Made by a program: the position numbers and the translations under genes
From: Hemiscyllium ocellatum
Lineage: Eukaryota
Assembly (NCBI RefSeq): GCF_020745735.1
Contig: NC_083408.1
Span: forward strand, 75,236,484-75,300,483
DNA: 64,000 bases
Reading direction: 5' to 3'
The notes under the pieces: model-generated
What the model was told of the DNA's origin: nothing
The model's input: only the letters and a program-made list of their open reading frames with translations
Database searches by the model: none
In this document: piece after piece, positions 1-11,609 of the stretch
Numbering within the stretch: the first letter of the stretch is position 1
Layout of the letters: every line of letters begins with the position of its first letter

Positions 1-981
1 GTGCCCAGTGATGTGGGATGGTTACTGACCTTCTCCACTCCACCAGGGTGACTGCTACCACCTTCTCTCGAATACCTGACTCTCACTTTATCTCTGCTGC
101 TTTAACCACCAAAGCTCATGTTCTCACACTCTTACTATTACTTGCCGCATCTTCCCTGCCATCAAAGGCTGCACTTGACCTACTGTGATGGAATCCACTG
201 AGCAAAGGACAGCTTCCTTGACATTACTGAGGCCTGCTCACCACCATGATAAGTTTCCTTACATTTTGTCTGTGTTAAATAACAAGATGGTATAGTAGTA
301 CTGTGTGTCTGATATCTCTGGCTGAGCGACAAAGCACACTAAACAAGGCAAGGCAGGGACAATATGAGCATCCAAGTTGCTCAGAGTGCATTATGACAGC
401 TAGTGAACAGGCCAGCGATGCAGCTTGGTCCAGTCTCTCAGCTTGGTGTGTGTTCTTGAGAAAACAGTGTTTGTGCTCCAGCATTATAATGATAGTTGCC
501 CGAAGTGCAGTACTGAAGTGTATAAGCCTACAGCAAGCGGATTGGAGATCATGTCAGATGCCAATGCCCGGGGATGTTGAGTGCATGAGCTGGCATGCGC
601 TGAGAAAGTGGTACCTGGTTTCCAACATGGAGCAGGGAGCTGAAGTCGCCTGATACTCACTTTGACGTCCATGCTCAGATTCTCAAAGTCTAACTTTTAG
701 CTTGTCTAACATGCTTAATAAGATGAAAAGCTGAATATTAGTGAGACAAGATGTGTCTTTAATAAAATGTTTAACAAGCTATATTCCCCCTTAATTAGCA
801 ACTCGTCATTGCCTAGTAGGAAACTCACCTCAATGCCATACATGTGATTAAGAAGCAGTGGGTTGCTCCTGACATTGAGATAGGCCTCTCTGGATTTCTC
901 TGACTTCTTTTACCATAGCCCACGTTGTTTAGGCCCCTACATGATTCTACTCATTAACTCTATCTTGATCTGCTAAGTATC

Positions 982-2581
982 CCACTTCTCTTTTCAATCC
1001 TCACACTTCCTCCAAACTAAAGGAATAACTTCTCTTTTCAATCCTCCCACTTCCTCCAAACTAAAGGAGTTGCCATGGGCACCCGCATGGGCCCCAGCTA
1101 TGCCTGCCTCTTCGTAGGATATGTGGAACAGTCCATCTTCCGCAACTACACTGGCACCACCCCCCACCTTTTCCTCCGCTACATCGATGACTGTATCGGC
1201 GCTGCCTCGTGCTCCCACGAGGAGGTTGAACAGTTCATCAACTTTACTAACACCTTCCATCCCGACCTGAAATTCACCTGGACTGTCTCAGACTCCTCCC
1301 TCCCCTTCCTAGACCTTTCCATTTCTATCTCGGGCGACCGACTCAACACAGACATCTATTATAAACCGACTGACTCCCACAGCTACCTGGACTACACCTC
1401 CTCCCACCCTGCCCCCTGTAAAAACGCCATCCCATATTCCCAATTCCTTCGTCTCCGCCGCATCTGCCCCCAGGAGGACCAATTCCAACACCGCACAGCC
1501 CAGATGGCCTCCTTCTTCAAGGACCGCAGATTCCCCCCAGACGTGATCGACGATGCCCTCCACCGCATCTCCTCCACTTCCCGCTCCTCCGCCCTTGAGC
1601 CCCGCTCCTCCAACCGCCACCAAGACAGAACCCCACTGGTTCTCACCTACCACCCCACCAACCTGCGCATACAACGTATCATCCGCCGCCATTTCCGCCA
1701 CCTCCAAACGGACCCCACCACCAAGGATATATTTCCCTCCACTCCCCTATCAGCGTTCCGCAAGGACCACTCCCTTCGTGACTCCCTTGTCAGATCCACA
1801 CCCCCCACCAACCCAACCTCCACCCCCGGCACCTTCCCCTGCAACTGCAGGAAATGTAAAACTTGCGCCCACACCTCCACACTCACTTCCCTCCAAGGCC
1901 CCAAGGGATCCTTCCATATCTGCCACAAGTTCACCTGTACCTCCACACACATCATCTATTGCATCCGCTGCACCCGATGTGGCCTCCTCTATATTGGTGA
2001 GACAGGCCGCTTACTTGCGGAACGCTTCAGAGAACACCTCTGGGCCGCCCGAACCAACCAACCCAATCACCCCGTGGCGCAACACTTTAACTCCCCCTCC
2101 CACTCCACCGAGGACATGCAGGTCCTTGGACTCCTCCACCGGCAGAACACAACTACACGACGGCTGGAGGAGGAGCGCCTCATCTTCCGCCTGGGAACCC
2201 TCCAACCACAAGGTATGAATTCAGATTTCTCCAGCTTCCTCATTTCCCCTCCCCCCACCTTGTCTCAGTCGGTTCCCTCAACTCAGCACCGCCCTCCTAA
2301 CCTGCAATCCTCTTCCTGACCTCTCCGCCCCCACCCCACTCCGGCCTATCACCCTCACCTTGACCTCCTTCCACCTATCCCACCTCCATCGCCCCTCCCC
2401 CTAGTCCCTCCTCCCTACCTTTTATCTCAGCCTGCTTGGCTCTCTCTCTCTTATTCCTGATGAAGGGCTTATGCTCGAAACGTCGAATTCTCTATTCCTG
2501 AGATGCTGCCTGGCCTGCTGTGCTTTGACCAGCAACACATTTGCAGCTGTGATCTCCAGCATCTGCAGACCTCATTTTTTA
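982..2581 (+). mobile_element. 5'-truncated Penelope-like retroelement (Neptune-like), RT C-terminal half plus GIY-YIG endonuclease; young copy
   Basis: Uninterrupted frame ~1027-2319 with QTKGVAMG, RYIDD, PFLD, Cys-rich linker CNCRKCKTC and IIYCIRC..LYIGETGR..ERFREH; 18-bp TSD cttgatct(g/a)ctaagtatc at 964-981 and 2582-2599. Confidence 0.92.
2453..2488 (+). ncRNA. Minimal type-I hammerhead ribozyme in PLE 3' repeat (intact core)
   Basis: ATTC-CTGATGA-A-GGGC ttat GCTC-GAA-ACGT-C-GAAT: stem I ATTC/GAAT, stem II, palindromic ACGU helix III, predicted cleavage after GUC at C2484. Confidence 0.85.
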
Positions 2582-3514
2582 CTTGATCTACTAAGTATCT
2601 TATGCATTTTCCATTTTCATTGAAACTATTTCATCAGTAAATAACTTGCTTCTTGTCACTGGAAGTGCATCAATCCACTTGGATTGCCTTTCTCCTTGTC
2701 TCCTTTACAGAAACAAATTTAAAGTGTGTGGAATTATACTATAAGTTGTCCACACTGGTGAAGTTTGCCATTTGGTCACCATTTTAGGGTCTGGGAGCAA
2801 CAGGGCTCTAACAGTCCAAAAATAAAGACAGTATGGGTTTGGTGGGGAGTGTTTAAATCTTAAAAATCATATTCCAAACCCAAATCTACCAACAAACCCC
2901 CCACCCCCCACCCATTTCAGATTTAACTGATGTTGAAAACTGAGTGAGTAGCTAATCCACTGACAGAAAAGAGCCTGGTACTTCATCTCAGCTGTGATTT
3001 GGCTAGGTTTCATAGGCATCAAGAAAATGGGCAGTGACATTCAGTTTGGCACTTTGCTGAAACAGGAGGTGAATGACTTTGCACCTTCCTCCTAGATTTA
3101 TTATGTCTGACTGAGCTAACAAGGCAGAGAACCTTAACCTCACTATTGACCATTGACCACAATCTTCTCAACCTCAAATCCACCTCACATGGCCTCCATT
3201 CCTCTCACTTGGATGCACAACCTCTTCTTGACCATGAGGCCTCTGATTCCCCTCTCTCTGGACCCCCATCCTTGCCTCTTTTTCCATCCCAACCTTCTCC
3301 CCAAGCTTGGGATTGACAGCCCAACCAATTTCTGCCCCTTTCCCCTACTGATTAAACTCAGGCACACCTACTTCCTCCCCGCCCTGAGCTCAACATCTCT
3401 CCAATCCCCCAGGATTATCTGCCTCCCCCTCCCAGGTTAACCAAACACTTTCCCCCCCCACACCCTCCAGAGTTAACCTTCGCTGCCATTGGCCTCAGCC
3501 TAAAGTTACCCCAG

Positions 3515-3900
3515 GGTAAAAACAATGACTGCAGATGCTAGAAACCAGATTCTGGATTAGTGGTGCTGGAAGAGCACAGCAGTTCAGGCAGCATCCAAGG
3601 AGCAGCGAAATCGACGTTTCAGACAAAAGCCCTTCACCAGGAATAAAGGCAGTGAGCCTGAAACGTGGAGAGATAAGCTAGAACCACTCCACCCTCTCCT
3701 CCCTGACCTATCACCTTCATCCCCTCCCCCATTCACCCATTGTACTCTATGCTACTCTCTCCCCACCCCCACCATCCCCAAGCTTATCTCTCCATGCTTC
3801 AGGCTCACTGCCTTTATTCCTAGTGAAGAGCTTTTGCCCAAAACATCGATTTCGCTGCACTTTGGATGCTGCCTGAACTGCTGTGCTCTTCCAGCACCAC
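3515..3900 (-). mobile_element. Fold-back non-autonomous PLE mini-element with two degenerate hammerheads
   Basis: Inverted arms 3557-3679 / 3781-3903; TSD taaagttacc(c/a)cag at 3501-3514 and 3901-3914. Confidence 0.85.
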
Positions 3901-5572
3901 TAAAGTTACCACAGTATGTATTTGTCTTCATATTCCTCCTAAAGTATTAACATGTGTGCACCATTTTTCAACTGCCCTGAATGAATTGATCTGTTTTGAG
4001 CTAAACTATGTATTATTCTGTACAGTATTGAACAACTAGATTAAATACCAAAATAATTCTCTCAGGATTTGTAACAGCTGCTAAACAAAAGAATATTATC
4101 CAATGTGATTATTTTAAATCTATGTTCCTACAGAAATTGGTCAATATTTCCCTCCCTTCATCAGAATGTGTGAAATGTACCAAGTTAAACTTGAAGTTTC
4201 ACAGTAGCATAGTAATAGAAGCAGGAGTAGGCCATTTGGCCCATTGAGCCTGCTCCGACATTCATTAAGATCATGGCTGATCTATCCATCATCTCAGTTT
4301 CTCCTACCTGCATTATCCCCATAACCCATAATTCCCCTACCATGCAAAAATCCATCCAACTGTGTCTTGAATATACTTAATGAAGCTACCTCAACTGCTT
4401 CCTTGGGCAGAGGATTCCACAGATTCATTACTCTCTGGGAGAAGCAGTTCCTTCTCATCTCTGTCCTAAATCTACTCCGCCTAATCGTGATGCCATGTCT
4501 CCGAGTCCTAATCTCAGCCACCAGTGGAAACAACTTTCCTGCCTCTAACTTATCTATCCCTCCATGCTCTCCTAAATTCAATCCTTCTAGCAATGAAAGC
4601 CAATATTTCATTTGCATTCCTGATTACCTGTTGCACCTGCAAATCAACTCTTAGCGATTTGTATTTGAGCACTCTTAGGTCCCTCTGCACAATGGCATGC
4701 TGCAATCTTTCACCATTTAAAGAATACTTTGACCTACTTTTTACTTACAAAGTGGATAACCTCACGTTTACCAGCATTGTACTCCATCTGCCAGCCCATT
4801 GCCCACTCACTTAACCTATCTAAATCTCTCTGCAGACCCTCCACATCCTCTGCACTGTCTGCCTTTCCACTCAAGTTAGTGTCATCAACCAATTTGGATA
4901 CATTACACTTGGCCTCCTCTTCTAAATCATTTATTTATCACAAACATTTGTGAGTCAAACATTGACCCCTCTGGCACCACTGATCTCCAATCAGAGAAAC
5001 ACCCATTTATTCCAACTCTCTGATTTCTATTGGTTTGCCAGTCCTCTACCCATGCTAGTACATTCTCCGCAACTCCATGTATTCTTACCTTATGGATGAG
5101 TTTTTTATGTGGTCCCTTATAGAACGCCTTCTGGAAATCCAAGTATACAACGTCCAACTGTTCCCCTCCATCCACGTGCTTGTTACATACTCAAAGAACT
5201 TCAGTAAGTTTGTCAAACATGACCTTCCCTTCCTGAATCCATGCTGCATCTGCCTGATAGAGCCCTTTCCATCCAGACGTCTCAGAATTTCTTCTTAAAT
5301 GATAGCCTCCAGCATTTCCCCAACTACAGATATTAAGCTAACTGCCCTATAGCTGCCTGCCTTTTGCCTACACCCTTTTTTAAACAGTGGTGTGACATTC
5401 GCTGTCTTCCAGTCCACTGGGACCTGCCCGGAGTCCACTGAATTTTGATAAATTACTACTAACGCATCCACTATAACTTCCGCCATTTCTATCAGCACCC
5501 TGGGATGCATTCCATCAGGACCAGGGGACTTATCTACCTTTAGGCCCTCAGGTTGGCTCAATTCCAACCCTA

Positions 5573-7526
5573 GGTAAAAACAAGGACTGCAGATGCTGGA
5601 AACCAGATTCAATATTAGAGTGGTGTTGGAAAAGCACAGCAGTTCAGGCAGCATCCAAGGAGCAGGAAAATTGACATTTCGGGCAAAAGCCCTTCATCAG
5701 GAATAGATGCAGAGTGCCTGTAGGGTGGAGAGATAAATGAGAGGAGGGTGGGGGTGGGGAGAAAGTAGCATAGAGTACAATAGGTGAGTGGAGAGGGGGA
5801 TGGAGGTGATAGGTCAGAGAGGAGGGTGGGGGAAGGTAGCACAGAGTACAATGGGTGGATGTGGGTAGGGATGAAGGTGGTAGGTAAGAGAGGAGGGTGG
5901 AGTGGATTGGTGGAAAGGAAGATAGGCAGGTAGGACAAATCATGGGGACAGTGCTGAGCTGGAAGTTTGGAACTGGGGTGAGGTGGGGGAAGGGGAAATG
6001 AGGAAACTGGTGAAGTCCACATTGATGTCTTGGGGTTGAAATGTTCCGAGGCGGAATATGAGGCGTTCTTCCTCCAGGTGTCGGGTGGTGAGGGAGCAGG
6101 GGTGAAGAATGCCCAGGACCTCTATGTCCTTGGCTGTGTGGGAGGAGGAGTTGAAATGTTGGGCTACAGGGCAGTGTGGTTGATTGGTGCGGGTGTCCCT
6201 GAGATGTTCCCTAAAGTGCTCTGCTAGGAGGTGTCCGGTCTACCCAATGTAGAGGAGCCCACATCAGGAGCAACGGATACAATAAATGAGATTGGTAGGT
6301 GTGCAGGTAAAACATTGATGGATGTGGAAGGCTCCTTTGGGGCCTTGGATGGTGGTGAGGGATGAGGTGTGGGCGCAGGTTTTGCAATTCCTGCAGTGGC
6401 AGGGGAAGGTGCCAGGATGGGAGGGTGGGTTGTTGGGGGTCGTGGACCTGACCAGGTAGCCACGGAGGGAATGGTCTTTGCAAAGGTGGAAAGGGGTGGA
6501 GAGGGAAATATATCCGTGGTGGTGGGGTCCGTTTGGAGGTGGCAGAAATGTCATTGGATGATTTGGTTTATGTGAAGGTTGGTAGGGTGAAAGGTGAGCA
6601 CCAGGGCGTTCTGTCCTTGTTACGGTTGGAGGGGTGGGGTCTGAGGGCAGAGATGCGGGATATGGACGAGATGTGTTGGAGGGCATCTTTAACCACATGG
6701 GAAGGGAAATTGCGGTCTCTAAAGAAGGAGGCGCATCTGGTGTGTTCTGTGGTGGAACTGGTCCTCCTGGGAGCAGATACGGCGGAGGCGGAGGAATTGG
6801 GAATACGGGATGGCATTTTTGTAGGAGATAGGGTGGGAAGAAATGTAATCCAGGTAGCTGTAAGTGTCGGTGGGTTTGTAAAAAATGTCGGTGTCAAATT
6901 GGTCGTCATTAATGGAGATGGAGAGGTCCAGGAAGGGGAGGGAGGTGTCAGAGATGGTCCAGGTAAATTTAAGCTGAAAATGTGTTGCTGGTTAAAGCAC
7001 AGCAGGTTAGGCAGGAAATTCGACGTTTCGGGCCAGAGCCCTTTCCTGTTCCTAGGATGCTGCCTAACCTGCTGTGCTTTAACCAGCAACACATTTTCAG
7101 CTCTGATCTCCAGCATCTGCAGACCTCACTTTTTATAGGTAAATTTAAGGTCAGGGTGGAATGTGTTAGTAAAGTTGATGAATTGCTCAACCTCCTCACG
7201 GGAGCATGAGGTGGCGTCAATGCAGTCATCAATGTAGCGGAGGAAGAGGTGGGGAGCGGTGCAGATGTAACTATGGAAGATGGACTGTTCTACGTAGCCA
7301 ACAAAGAGACATAGCTGGGACCCATATGGATGCCCATGGCTACCCCTTTGGTCTGGAGGAAGAGGGAGGATTCGAAGGAGAAATTGTTAAGGGTGAGGAC
7401 CAGTTCAGCCAAACGAATGAGAGTGTGGGTGTAAGGGTACTGTTGGGGACATCGGGAGAGGAAGAAACGGAAGGCTTGGAGCCCCTGGTCATGGCGGATG
7501 GAGGTGTAGAGGGATTGGATATCCAT
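5573..7526 (-). mobile_element. 5'-truncated, frameshifted Penelope-like element (related to 982-2581) with hammerhead at 5669-5704
   Basis: MDIQSLYTSI, QTKGVAMG, CHCRNCKTC, LIYCIRC fragments; minus-strand ATTCCTGATGAAGGGCTTTTGCCCGAAATGTC; 3' tail ...gcatctgcagtccttgtttttacc. Confidence 0.88.
6974..7136 (+). mobile_element. 163-bp fold-back PLE mini-element nested in the PLE at 5573-7526
   Basis: Perfect 13-bp TSD aggtaaatttaag at 6961-6973 and 7137-7149; inverted arms of the PLE 3' tail. Confidence 0.88.
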
Positions 7527-8769
7527 ACTACCCCTTTCGTGATAACTATTGAATTGAGGTCCTCACCTCCCATCGTATCCTTAACGTCATTCTTCGGCAT
7601 GTTAGACACATCTTCCATTGTGAACACTGATACAAAACAGTTATTCAAGGCCTCAGCTGTTTCAGCATGACCCAAAATTAATTCCCTTTTTTCATCCTGC
7701 AAGGGACCTACGTCCACTTTAGGTACCCTTTCTGTTTTATATATTTATAAAAACTTTTCCGACTTGATTTTATATTCTTTGCTGGTTTGCATCCAGAATC
7801 TATTTTTCTTTTCTTTATTGTTTGATTTGAGGTTCTTTGTTGCTTTTTAAAGTCCTTGGCTATCCAAGGCTGGCTCCTCCTACCCTTGTTATTCTTGTTT
7901 TTGACTGGAACATACTTACCTTGAGCACTGTGAAAAATCTCTTTGAAAGTTCTCCACTGTTCCTCAACTGTTCCACCATATAACTTGTATTCCCAGTCTA
8001 ATTTAACCAACTCCTTCCTCATCCCATTATAGTCTCCCTTGTTTAAGCATAACACCCTGGTTTTAGATGATACTATTTCACCCTCCATTTGTACCCCAAA
8101 TTCGATCATACTGTGATCACTCTTTCTGAGAGGATCCTAACAATGAGATTATTAATTTTACCTGTCTCACTGCACAGGACCAGATCCAAGATTGCATGCT
8201 CCCTATTAGATTTGGTAACATGCTGTTCAAGAAAGTTATCATGGATGAGTTCTGTGAACTCCTCTTCAAGACTGCTTCTACTGACTTGATCTGACCAATC
8301 AATGTGCATTTTAAAGTCCCCCATGGCTATTACCATTCCATTCTTACATGTGTCAGATATTTCTTGATTGATTGCCTGTCCCACTGCAGCATTATAATTA
8401 TAATTGGGTGGCCTATAGACTACTCCCATCAGTGACTTCTACCTATTACTATTCCTGATTTCCACTCAAATGGATTCAACATGTTGCTCCTTAGATCCTA
8501 TATTGTCTCTCCCTATAGTCCTAATCTCATTTTTGATTATGAGCACAACCCCACCTCCCTTACCTTCCTAATTACCTGATACCTTGGATATTTAATTCCC
8601 AGTCATCACTACCCTGCAATCACGTTTCTGTAATGGCAACTAAATCATACTCCTCTCTGATTTGCACAAGTTCATCAACTTTGTTTTGAATACTATGGGC
8701 ATTTAGATAAAGTGCCCCTTACACTTATTGTCCCTTTAGGATTTAGCAATTGCCCTGCCTTTTGCATGT

Positions 8770-9078
8770 TTAGATTAGATTACTTACAGTATGGAAACAG
8801 GGCCTTCCGCCCAACAAGTCCACACCGACCCGCCGAAGCGCAACCCACCCATCCCCCTACATTTACCTGTTACCTAACACTACGGGCAATTTAGCATGGC
8901 CAATTCACCTGACTCGCACATCTTTGGACTGTGGGAGGAAACCGGAGCCCACGGAGGAAACCCACGCAGACACAGGGAGAACGTGCAAACTCCACACAGT
9001 CAGTCGCCTGAGTCGGGAATTGAACCCGGGTCTCAGGCGCTGTGAGACAGCAGTGCTAACCACTGTGCCACCGTGCCG
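8770..9078 (-). mobile_element. tRNA-derived V-SINE (HE1-like)
   Basis: Minus strand GGTGGCACAGTGGTTAGCAC (A box)..GGTTCAATTCCC (B box), V-domain GTGTGGAGTTTGCACGTTCTCCC..., CR1-like tail ending (TAATC)n. Confidence 0.88.
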
Positions 9079-11018
9079 ATCCTGTCACCCAATTTTATTT
9101 TTTTCTCTAACTTTTGATCCGCTCTCTGCATTGTTTCCTTCTGCCTTTCTGTCTGGACTCCCAGCCTCTTGTTGGAGCAGTCCTAAATTCTGATTTTAAT
9201 CTCCAAGATGAGTATTGCTAATTAACACAACCGTACCTTGATCAGGTTAAATACTACAACAAACAAAAAGGAATGTTTTCCTCTTCCAGTCTTTTACATG
9301 CTGCCAAATTTTGAAAATTTAAGTTATTTGCGCACGCATAGTCTGAGGTGATCACCATGGACAAGATGGCTTAAGTGCCAGAAATGTAACAAACAGATCC
9401 ACACAATACTCTTTGTCATTCCTTCTCAGCAACCACTAATAGATAGATTGAAAAGTGCAAAAAGGGCATGGTATATAATTAGCAGGCCATGGCATTTGAC
9501 TTCATTTGTACAACTGTCTACTGTCAGCAGCTCAACCCATGGGGACTTACATTTAGAAGGGCAATTTGCATCTCACATTTCAGTTAATTTTTTTTAAGTT
9601 TTAAAGCATATAATGAGAGTTGACCTTCCTATAGGTGCACTGTCTGAATTGAGAAAATTTTACCATTAAAGGATTTGAATATTCTGAGCACTTGTAGGTG
9701 GGATTTTAATGTAGAAAGTCATTTTTAATAGTAATAGTAATTACATTGTCTTACAAGGAAGACAAGCATGCACATACAATAATATTTTATTTTATTTACT
9801 GTTTCTATTATTGTTGTTGTGAATATGTAAAGCTCAACCAGATATAAGTTTAATATCATGCACTAATTGAATCTGGTTGGTGTAGAATCTCTAATAATTA
9901 AATATTATCATTTGGTGCATCCAATTAATCCATAATTCAACAAATGAACTGGATGCTTATAATTTGAAAAGGTTTTCTAAGGTAACAGTACAATTCAGAA
10001 ATCTGAAACATCAGCACTATTAATCAGAACATAATGTTTTAAGTTCAAATGTTGTAAAAGGAAATGCCAATCAACACGACCTTCTGTTTCTCTTTTGAAA
10101 ATTTAGTTTGAAAATTAGAGTGGATGGAAAAATGTGTAACTTCCAGGTCAAGATAAATGTAGTACAGGGCAAAATTTAAAGTCATAGAATCATAAAATCA
10201 TACAGGCCACAGAGCTTCTCCTGTGCTGTACTGTTCTTTATTCATTGTGTAGCATTTCTCACAGAAACCATTGAGAAAAGGGAACAATCAGGAAAATCTC
10301 CAGGGAATACTTATTTCATGTTCAAGATTGAGTCTAATGCTCTAATGATGAGGCTTATTAGGTTAATATAAATTAAGGAATTGTGGCATTAAATTTCTGA
10401 TAAATAAACATGGATCATGTAATCTATTCTGCAGTCTGCCTGACAGCAAACTTGGGTGGATGGATTCTTCGAGATCAATGGATGGATCAGATAGTTTTAC
10501 TGAAACCTAGGGCAGACAAGAGACATTGGCAGATATTTGCAGTGAGGAGGCATGGAGGTTCAACATTGTAAGTGCAAAGTTACTTCACAAACCCATGGGA
10601 GATCCTTGAAACAGCACAGATGTTGCCAGTTCAGGGATGGTCTGGGAAAAGGCCTCTTGTGCCAGAACTTTGTCAAAGATTTTCTATAAAGCACCAGAAT
10701 AAAAAAAAGCCTTCCATTTCTTACCACTCTCTAGCCCACACATTCATAATGCCAATATATCTCTCTCCATGCCCTCCCACCATACGCTTCATACTCCACT
10801 TGCCCACCTTTGTCCTCTAGCCATCCCAATGCCCCTCACACTCTCCATGACAACCAAAATCCCTCTACTCACCCCCATGGTCCCTCAACCTTTATAGCCA
10901 TTATGCCAACATTGTGAACTTAATCCAACCCATAACCCCTTACACCTTACAATCTTACATCTAGTATCAATTAGAGACACACCTCAGACCTTATGCTGAG
11001 ATGAGGTGAAATAAAGCT

Positions 11019-11609
11019 ATAGAATCATAGAGATGTACAGTATGGACCATTCGGTTGAACTTGTCCACGCCAACTAGATATCCAAATTAAACTAGTTCCA
11101 TTTGTCAACTCTTAGCCTATATCCCTCTCAACCATTTCTATTCATATACCCATCCAGACAGCTTTTAAATGCTGTAAGTGTATCAGCCTCCACCACTTTC
11201 TCCAGCAGCTCATTCCAAATACACACCACTCTCTGCATAAAAAGGTTGCCCCTTACGTCCCTCTTAAATCCTTCCCCTCTCACCTTAAACCTATGCCCTG
11301 TACTTCTGGACTCCTCCACCCCAGGGAAAATACCTTGTCTATTACTTTATCCATGCACCTCATGACTTTACAAACTTCTATAAGGTCATCCTTCAGCCTC
11401 TGATGCTCCAAGGAAAACAGCCCCAGTCTATTCAGCCTCTCCCTGTAGCTCAAACCCTCCAAACTTGGCAAATTGTTTCTGAACTCTTTCAAATTTCACA
11501 ACATCTTCCTATAGAATTGCACACAATATTCTAAAAGTAGCCTAACCAATGTCCTGGACAGCTGCAACATGACCTCCCAAATTCTGTATTCAGTGTTCTG
11601 ACCAATAAA
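11019..11609 (-). mobile_element. CR1 LINE 3' fragment
   Basis: LEGLSYRERLNRLGLFSLE and GHRFKVRGEGFKRDVRGNLFMQRVVCIWNEL; CR1 3' tail. Confidence 0.85.

Larger units (their letters stand above)
4203..8720 (-). mobile_element. Degenerate CR1-type LINE (APE endonuclease plus RT), interrupted by PLE 5573-7526
   Basis: Minus-strand fragments GVVYRPP..GDF..LDLVL (8106-8429), KSPGPDGMHPRVL, DVVYLDFQKAF and RTRRHG..FSQRVMNLWN; CR1 3' UTR at ~4203-4290. Confidence 0.88.

Noticed and set aside
303-653. 116-aa ORF at the window start
   Set aside because: No recognisable domain or splice support; probably part of an old repeat
1309-2258. Overlapping Pro-rich and Gly/Val-rich ORFs
   Set aside because: Alternative frames of the C-rich PLE ORF
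3515-3900. DNA-transposon MITE interpretation of the palindromic elements
   Set aside because: Arms are asymmetric, match PLE 3' ends, and TSD length is variable (9-18 bp), unlike the fixed TSDs of cut-and-paste transposons
8990-9078. tRNA gene
   Set aside because: A/B boxes belong to SINE heads followed by the V domain; no complete cloverleaf seen
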